Below are positions 56,313 to 64,000 of a DNA stretch of 64,000 nt, in pieces (position 1 is the stretch's first letter; every line of letters starts with the position of its first letter). A program made the translations under genes and the position numbers. Below the pieces are notes generated by a model. The model had not been told where the DNA came from. It was given only the letters and a program-made list of their open reading frames with translations, and did not search any database. The DNA comes from Eledone cirrhosa (lineage: Eukaryota): contig OZ024744.1 in the NCBI GenBank assembly GCA_964016885.1, positions 28,706,001 through 28,770,000 on the forward strand, in the 5' to 3' direction.

Positions 56313-56749
56313 CTGTAAAAGGTAAACAGAAAAAACAACACAATCTGTACAATATATAGAAGGAATATATTAGTATAACGCTTGAAATAGCAGGAAGAGT
56401 GTCTTAACGATTGAAGGGGCGGGCGGGATGGAATCGGAAAATATGTTTTTAGAGAAAAATAACAGGTCCATTCATGTTGACATCTCTTGGGAAACTGTTT
56501 TGTGTATGATTCATTTTTATTTAGAAAAGTGGATGATAGAGCGCGTCTACCCGAAAGACGAAAAAAAAAACCGTTTTGTATATATAGCTATAAGTGTAGG
56601 CGTGCTTATGCGTGCGTGTGTGTGTGTGAGTGTATGTGTGTGTGTGTGTATTATTATACGTCCGTAAGAAGCTAAGAGGATATGTGTGTATATGTAAGTA
56701 AAAAAGTGCGTGTGTGCTTGTAAGTACGAAGCTGTGAGTAAAAGTATCT

Positions 56750-58452
56750 TAATGTAAGGGAGTTTGTGTATACAGAGCTGTGAAAGGAAAAGTAGAGGTG
56801 TGAGTGCGTACTTTGTTGGTCTATATCAGCTGTAAGAGTATATGTTTCTGACCATAAGAGAGCCATAGGAATCTAAGGGTGAATGTACATGAGTGTGTGA
56901 TAACGGACGGGGGCAAACTTGGCGGGGACAAAGGGTAGAGAAGTAAGCATGAACGATTATGTGTTTTGGGGAGGGGAGTTAAGTGCATGAGGGAAACAAC
57001 TCCCAAGGCGGAAAATCAGAATCTGTTCAGTCCTGGTGTGCGAGGCCTGTGATCTGTAATGTAAAAGGGCATCAAGGACTGAGAGATGTAGGGAAGAGAA
57101 ACCTGGGGAGCTGAAATGACGGATGACGGGAGTATCTATATCGAGTCGTATGTCCTTCAAATGTTCAGCAAAACAGTCCACCAAACGGCGTCCCGTTTTT
57201 CCGATGTATAAGGACCCGCAAATGGAACACCGGAGGGCATAGACTACATGGGTGGTGGTGCAGGTGAAAGAGTGGCGGATACGGAATGAACCGTTTGTGT
57301 CTGTGAGAGTGGTGAGGCTGGAAATGAAAGGACAGGTGTTAGAGTCGGGTGGAGTCGTGGGAGAGGACGAGAAGGAACTGCGTACTAGGAGGTCGCGGAG
57401 ACTGCGGGCATGCTTTAAAGCTGTGATAGGTGGGTTAGGAAAAATAAACGAGAAGTGACGGGATCAGAAGAGAGGGTGCTGGGGAACGGAAAATATGACA
57501 CCGGAGTGGTAGGCTGATGGGTTGGTAGGTGAGAGGGAAAGGAAGGTGGGTGTTGGTGGTGGTGGTTGTGGGATAGGGGGGTACAGTCGGTTTCACGGGC
57601 GTGGATGAAAACAGCTTGGACCAAGGGGTGGATATCTACTCTGAATGAAGGAGGAGGCCATGTGAAGGGAATGGGTTTCGAAATGGTGGTCCTGGCTACA
57701 GAGGTAGGATATGGAGTGTTTGGTGTAAAGGAAAACACATTGAGGGTGAGAACAAGGTCAACCAGACGGAGAAGAGTGGTAGTGCTGGTGTAAGAGGTAG
57801 GGCGTAAGTCTAAAAATGTGGGAGAGCGCGGTGGACGTCATGATGAGGGATGACGGTACAGAGAGAAGTGATGTCCAGGGTGAAGAGAAAGCGAGAGGGG
57901 CCAAGAAGGAATGAGGAGTTAAAGAGACTAAGGGCATGATTGATATTGTGGATATGGGAGGGGAGGTTGACGACTAAAGGGGTGAGGTGGGGAAGTTGTA
58001 TGCGGAAACGATAGGACGGCCGGGAGTATTTGATTTGTGTATTTTGGGGAGGAAGTAGATGGTGAGTGTGCGAGGGTTGCGTACTATAAGGTTGGTGGCT
58101 GTGGGGTTAGGGGAGAGGAGGAGATGAGCTGGTGGTTGGTGGAGGACACGAGCTATTGGTAGCCAGGAGTGGGGTCGGTGCATAAAGGGCGGTAAAATTG
58201 GGTATCATGAAGTTGGCGGGGGGCGTCAGCCTTGTAGAGGTCAACGTTCCAAACCACCACAGCGCCACCTTTGACGGGGGGTTTGATGACAATGTCATCG
58301 CGAGATCACGGGCTGCGAGGAACGGGGAGCTCGGCCCGAATAATGTTACAGCGACAAGAATGCTGGTGGAAACGGAACCGGTTCAACCTAACCCGGCAAG
58401 TATCGACAAAGGAGTCGATGGTGCTGAACTGGCCAGAGTTCGGCGTCCAGTC
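56750..58452 (-). mobile_element. Penelope-like element (RT + GIY-YIG), decayed with internal deletions
   Basis: DIVIKP..GGAVVVW, YFLPKIHKSNTPGRPIVS, FTLDITSLY; GIY-YIG region VVYALRCSICGSLYIGKTGRRL..FAEH..PVIRHF..EQILIFRLG...P.ALN. Confidence 0.88.
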
Positions 58453-58760
58453 TGATTGCCGGCGACTCACATTTTTAAGTCACTGTCTCCACCACCACCT
58501 CATTCCGCCTCAAGTTCCACCCCACCTCATTGCGCCTCAAGTTCCACCCCACCTCTTACTCCCCTCCCACCACTGAGCCCATCCTTACCCGCTCCTCTCA
58601 CCAGCTCCTGCGAGTGACTATCTGAAATCACGCCCAAATCCCTTCTCTCAACCGAGATCTCCCCAAGGCCGAACTACATCTCTCCTCCACTTGCCACCCC
58701 TCCTCACCCAATCCCTTATCCAATTAATTCTTTACTTCAATCGCCTCCTGTTAAAGTTCC
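58453..58760 (+). mobile_element. Probable inverted N-terminal piece of a Penelope-like ORF with a 27-bp tandem duplication
   Basis: C-rich on + (mirror of the G-rich PLE body); translates FLSHCLHHHLIP, like the PLE N-terminal FL..C....IP motif; ccacctcatt(c/g)cgcctcaagttccacc occurs twice at 58495-58548. Confidence 0.5.
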
Positions 58761-59206
58761 TCACTTTCATCAAAAATCACAAACTATAGATGTGATAAAT
58801 TCGGGACCCCGACGGCTGAGCTCTGGCCCTTTCAACAGCTAGATCCGAACGAAAGTGCCGGTATTCGGTAGGCGGGAATCTAGCCGGTCTCCTCCAGGGG
58901 CTAGAGTCCATATATGGACAGACATTCTGTGCATAAAAATCTGTTAAGTAACCTTGTTTTTTTTTTTCGGGAAGTGGTCCGTAATCGGGGATATATCATT
59001 AAAATATACTAAAAACACTAATTCACATCATAATAAGATTTACAAATGTTTCATCCTCGTGTAACTTATCAAAATCATTCATTTTAATTATTAATTTGCT
59101 CCACGTGTAATTAATTTAACACAATAGGAAGTCATAAACATACTTTTTTGAAAAAATGTTTTTAAAGAAATATTATATGTAGCCATGATTACAGTTTATT
59201 ATAATA

Positions 59207-59430
59207 GGGCGGTAGGGCGGTGAATTGGCAGTATCGGTAGAGCGTCAGACACCATGCTTTGAAGCATAGAGTTACAGCCCTTTATGATCCGAGTTAAAAT
59301 CCCGCCGAGGTTAACTTTGCCTTTCATCCTTACGGGGTCGATAAAATAAAGTACCAATCACGCACTGGGGTCGACTTAATCGACTTTCCCCTCTCCCAAA
59401 ATTGCTGGCCTTGTGCCTATATAAGAAACC
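59207..59430 (+). mobile_element. tRNA-derived SINE, longer variant
   Basis: ttggcagtatcggtagagc, gagttaaaatcc, gcctttcatccttacggggtcgataaaataaagtacc core, tail aattgctggccttgtgcc. Confidence 0.88.
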
Positions 59431-59439
59431 ATTATAATA

Positions 59440-59609
59440 GGCCGGTGGATTGGCAGTATCGGTAGTGAGTCGGCATAGTTACGTCCCTTTACGGTCTGAG
59501 TTCAAATCCCGCCGAGGTTAAATTTGCCTTTCATCCTTACGGGGTCGATAAAATAAAGTACCAGTTATGTAGTGGGTATTGTCTGACCTTGTGCCAGAAG
59601 AAGAAACAA
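59440..59609 (+). mobile_element. Second tandem SINE copy with internal deletions
   Basis: Same head and core; attataata occurs before, between and after the two copies. Confidence 0.85.
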
Positions 59610-59868
59610 TTATAATATATTACCGAATTTTGAGCTGATATAAAATTTAAATCCAATGTCATGATCTCGTCAGACAGCTTCTTACATAATGAGGTAATAT
59701 ATATTTGGCAATCCAAGTTCACAGTGACAAAGGATCGGACGAACACGATGCTTTTGAAGCGATCGCTCGTATAGAAACATATACACGTGTACACATACAA
59801 CTCAAAACAAACATATACACACATACAATGACATCCATACTTGCACACACACACTCTCACAACATACG

Positions 59869-60165
59869 CAAGTACAATCGATTAATGGAACAGCAAAAGT
59901 ATGTAAAACATTCCAAAAATTCTGCATCTAATAACTGCATATACACATGTACAGACACAAAGCATATACACATTCACACATACAACTCAAAACATCCACA
60001 TCCACACATACAATAACATTCATACCTGCACACACATGCATACAGACATGTAGACATATCTACCTAGTTCATGTTGTGTAAATTCCAATGAGAGAGTCTT
60101 GTATCTATGTTAGAAACCGACTCTCTCTATTGGCAAAGATTTGTGAAATTATAAAACCAAAAGAA
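59869..60165 (+). mobile_element. R4/Dong 3'-terminal fragment (~295 bp)
   Basis: Matches 11438-11730 and 63070-63360; followed by (TACA)n at 60166-60260. Confidence 0.88.
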
Positions 60166-60260
60166 CATACATACTTTATACAAACATACATACATACATA
60201 CATACATACATACATACATACATACATACATACATAATACATACATACACACATACATAC

Positions 60261-63200
60261 ATAAAACCCCAACATTTTGGCAAACAACGCCTGTTTATAT
60301 GCCTTAGCAATGACAGGGAAGCATTATCTTGGTGATAGCAGAGATATTAACAAGACCAAAACACCAACAAAAATACCATCATATATAACTAAAATAGAAA
60401 AAAAGATTGCTGACCTACGAAAAAGCATAGGATATGTGACAATGCTCCTTACATGCAAACAAACACAAAGAAGCTCACTCCTCACCAACAAAGAGTGAAA
60501 AATAAAATAAAGACGATGTTTGGTAACAGTAGAACTAGAACTCTTCAATATAAGCTGATCACCCTCAAACAAGAATTAAGAGCTGTTAGCGAAAAACGCC
60601 GACACCTGAAGAAGGTAGATGAAAGAAAAGTGCTTAATAAAAGATTCAGACGAAACCAAACATCAGTCTATAGAGATGTGAAGAACAAAATAATAAGTGT
60701 CACTGAGGCCCAATCCCAGAAAGTCATAGTTTCCTTTTGGAACAAATTATGGGGTGAAAAGAAGAATTTCAACCTAGATGCAATGTGGCTAAAAGAAATC
60801 CGAAAGAACTATTGCTCCTACACTACAACAAAAACATACGAAATAAGTTAGGGTACCCTTGAGACTGTGATAGGAAAACTCCAAGATAAGAAAACACCAG
60901 GAAGAAACATGATTGTCGGCTACTGGTATAAACAACTAATATTCTATCGGAGGTATCTTACTGACCTCTACCAACAAGTTCTTAAGGGAGATACACTTAT
61001 ACCAGAATGGTTGACATTAGCACAAACATTACTGGTCTCCAAGAACAAATACACCCACTTGGCAAACAAATACCGACCCATTGCATGCCAGAACCTGATG
61101 TATAAGATGTATACAGCCTGCCTGAACCTATTCCTCCAAGATCACTGTGAGAATAATAACATCACAGATGAACAAGCAGCTGGAATGAGAGGTGTTTGGG
61201 GATGTGCTGAACAACTCCTAATCAACAAAACTGCGATGTCGGAAGTGCGACAACTTAGGAGGAATATGGCTACAGTCTGGCTGGACTACAGGAAAGCTTT
61301 CGATTCTGTTCCCCATTCTTGGATGATAGAGGCCCTCCAACTTGCTAAAGTCCCAGACATTATTGTCAGAGCCATAGAGAAGCTGTCTTCATCTTGGGCT
61401 ACTATTCTATGGTTAAAGACAGAGAGGGAGGACTCTATTTTCACTGATAAAATAAAATATCGTAGGGGTATATTTCAGGGAGACAGTCTCTCTGTGATAT
61501 TATTCATCTTGTCATTAAACCCCCTGTCCTTTCTGCTCAATAAATGTGAGGGATACATCATTGGCTCACGGGAGGATAGAAATACGAACCTAACCCATAC
61601 TTTCTTTGTGGATATTCTGAAATTCTATGCCAAGAACATGGATGGGATGAAGAAAACTCTTGACCTGGTTACAACGTTCTCAAAGGATATAGGAATGGAG
61701 TTTGACCAAGATAAATGCTCATATATGACTATAAAGGGGAGAAAACAACAACCCAATCTAGCAACATTGTCATCAATGGCCTAACTGTTTCACCGATATC
61801 TGATGAGGACTGCTACAGATACCTGGGGATAGATGAGAACATATCCTATAATAGTATCTGTAATAAGGAACGCGTAACCAAGGAATACTACACCCTATTA
61901 AGAAAGATATGGTCATCGCAACTCTCTGCGCAAAACAAAACAGTGGCTCACAATGTGTTTGCTGTGTCTGTCCTAACACCAACGTTTGGAATACTCAATT
62001 GGACGATAGACGAAATCCAAGCAGTTGATGTTAGAACTCGAAAAATACTAAACAACACCGGAAACTTCCACATCAACAGTGACATAGATCGCCTTTGCTT
62101 GAAACGTAAGCAGGGAGGCAAAGGCCTAACATCAGTCGAGACAGCATTTGAATGTGGCATTATATCCCTCCGACAACATCTACGTAGGAGCCCGTCTCTC
62201 AAGCAACTCTATCTGCATGAAACAGATAAGATCATGAGAGTTGGGAAGGAACTCCTCAAGAGATATTCCCTGTGTGATAATCAAAAACTCACACCCAGGG
62301 AAGTCGCTCAGCAGTATCGCAGTGAATCCATGGATGAAAAACTGCATGCTTATCAACAAAAACATCATGCATGGATATGTTGCTAGGAAGCTCCAGAGTG
62401 AGAGTAATATAGATAAGGAAAGTAGTCTATCTTGGGCTAACAACCGCTATATTGGCTCCCACTTTGAAGGATACGCTTTTGCAATCCAAGAACAGGAGAT
62501 TAACACAAAATACCTGATTCACAAAAGAGATAGTGATGCGGGCAAAACACCTAGATGTGATGACAAGTGCCGACTCTGCAGAACTAACATCGACGATATC
62601 ACCCATGTCATCAGCAGCTGTCGAAAGATGTCATCGCGGTACTATCTAGCTAGGAGGCATGATGTAGTGGCCCAAACACCGTACAATGCAACTGTAGAAA
62701 AGATATCCCCGATAATAAACATATTAAAAGCTACAGCCATGTGGAAGACATCCATGTACATAATATGAAAGAGTACTGGTAGAATGTTCCAGTAAAAACC
62801 CCAATAAAATGCAGACATAACAGACCAGATATTATGATATGGGACAGGGAAAAGAAAGCCCAGCAGATGCCAATATAATATCAAAGATTAGTGAAAAGGA
62901 GAATATTTATGCAGGACTGATGAGAAATCTGCAGATACTCTACCCTGATTACACCTTCAGATTTATACCTGTGGTTATTGGGGCACTGGGGTATGTTAGT
63001 AACTGCCTCAATACAAATCTTGAAAAGCTAGGGTTCACAGGAACAGAAAGAACACAACTAGTTAGGAAATTACAAGTACAATCCATTAATGGAACAGTAA
63101 AACTATGTAAAACATTGCAAAAATGTTGCATCTAATAACTTCATATACACATGTACAGATGCAAACATATACACACGCACACATACAACTCAAAACATCC

Positions 63201-63360
63201 ACATCCACACATACAATAACATCCATATCTACACATGCAGACATACATACATATCTACCTAGTTGATGTTGTGTAAATTACAATGAGAGAGTCTTGTGTC
63301 TATGTTAGAAACCGACCCTCTCTCTATTAGGAAAAAAATTGTGAAATTATAAAACCAGAA
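60261..63360 (+). mobile_element. 5'-truncated R4/Dong non-LTR retrotransposon (RT + CCHC + RLE), decayed, in (TACA)n
   Basis: ORFs 60453-63135: YRPIACQNLMYK, WLDYRKAFDSVPHSW, RGIFQGDSLS, YRYLGI, CRLCRTNIDDITHVISSC, RRHDVVA; frameshifts and a deletion in the RLE at ~62857; inverted homologue of 6528-9665. Confidence 0.92.
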
Positions 63361-63378
63361 CATCATACATACATACAT

Positions 63379-63972
63379 GGTGGCTGCCAACTCGTTTTCG
63401 AGTACGGCCACTACTTTATATCCATGTAGGAGAACCCCTACTGATGCGCTAAATGAGTGTGACTTTTTAGTCCAGCCAGCGACTTGAAAACTCTGGTACA
63501 AACACTACGCTTGTGACAATTATTGACACATAGTGCTGGGCCCATGGTACCATGTGACGACAAGTGCAGAGAGATATCCAGCTATAAAGCAATGCCTGTG
63601 CCGTGAAGCTTTTATAGTGAGCAAAGGCACTGCACAAAGCCAGTCCCACTCTCTTAACCAAGATGATATTTACCAAAAAGAAGAACAAGTCAACATCATT
63701 GGATACAATCAGGGTTGCAGGTGTTATATCAGAGTTTTCCTTCTCTTAGAATTTTGCCTTGACAAAGGCTAAGGGGTCATCTCTCCCGATGATTTTGGAT
63801 GGCCATTGACTCTTAAGAGCTCCTTTGCCCTTTGACAGGTTTTGTTTTTAGTCCTGCAGGATGTCCAAAGTCACCCTCCTCACCAAGAAACCTTGGTGGG
63901 GTTGCCAGTTTAGTCGCCAAGGACCCGACCATGAGACAGGTTGTACTGGGATACATGTTACCAGTAGCACCA
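63379..63972 (-). mobile_element. Non-autonomous bipartite RTE/BovB-derived element (~595 bp)
   Basis: Minus strand: 5' UTR-like part with gagaaggaaaactctga (recalled as typical of RTE 5' UTRs) joined to the zinc-finger C-terminus SVCTRVFKSLAGLKSH, 3' hairpin and (ATGT)n tail; no RT. Confidence 0.75.
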
Positions 63973-64000
63973 ATACATACGTACAAACACGTTTAAACTG

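Noticed and set aside
63140-63260. Origin of the 40-bp satellite from the AC-rich Dong 3' UTR (shared cacatacaac)
   Set aside because: Only ~10-nt low-complexity matches; CTAGGAC and GCAGGTAAT are absent.

Overview
Eukaryotic, repeat-only window; I found no convincing host gene. The SINE families, (TACA)n/(TA)n microsatellites and AT-rich background resemble a mollusc, probably a coleoid cephalopod (inference from recalled repeats, not checked). From left to right: (1) 1-5141, an apparently intact Tx1-type LINE with a 5'-incomplete CCHC ORF1 and an open 1139-aa APE-RT ORF2. (2) 5.1-14.8 kb, nested retroelements: a decayed near-full-length R4/Dong RLE element, Dong 3' fragments, RTE/BovB-like pieces, SINEs and a hAT MITE. 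(3) 15267-50157, a ~35-kb uninterrupted 40-bp satellite with mosaic higher-order duplications, running directly into a 1.6-kb 35-bp hairpin satellite. (4) 51.9-64 kb, relics of CRE, hAT, Helitron and Penelope elements, SINEs, a second R4/Dong copy and a bipartite RTE-derived element. The most coherent pattern is a two-family microsatellite hub: RTE-like elements end in, and sit within, (ATGT)n, and all five R4/Dong copies sit in the same repeat in the opposite (TACA)n orientation, twice directly in an RTE tail. All calls were made by eye; boundaries of degenerate elements are approximate.
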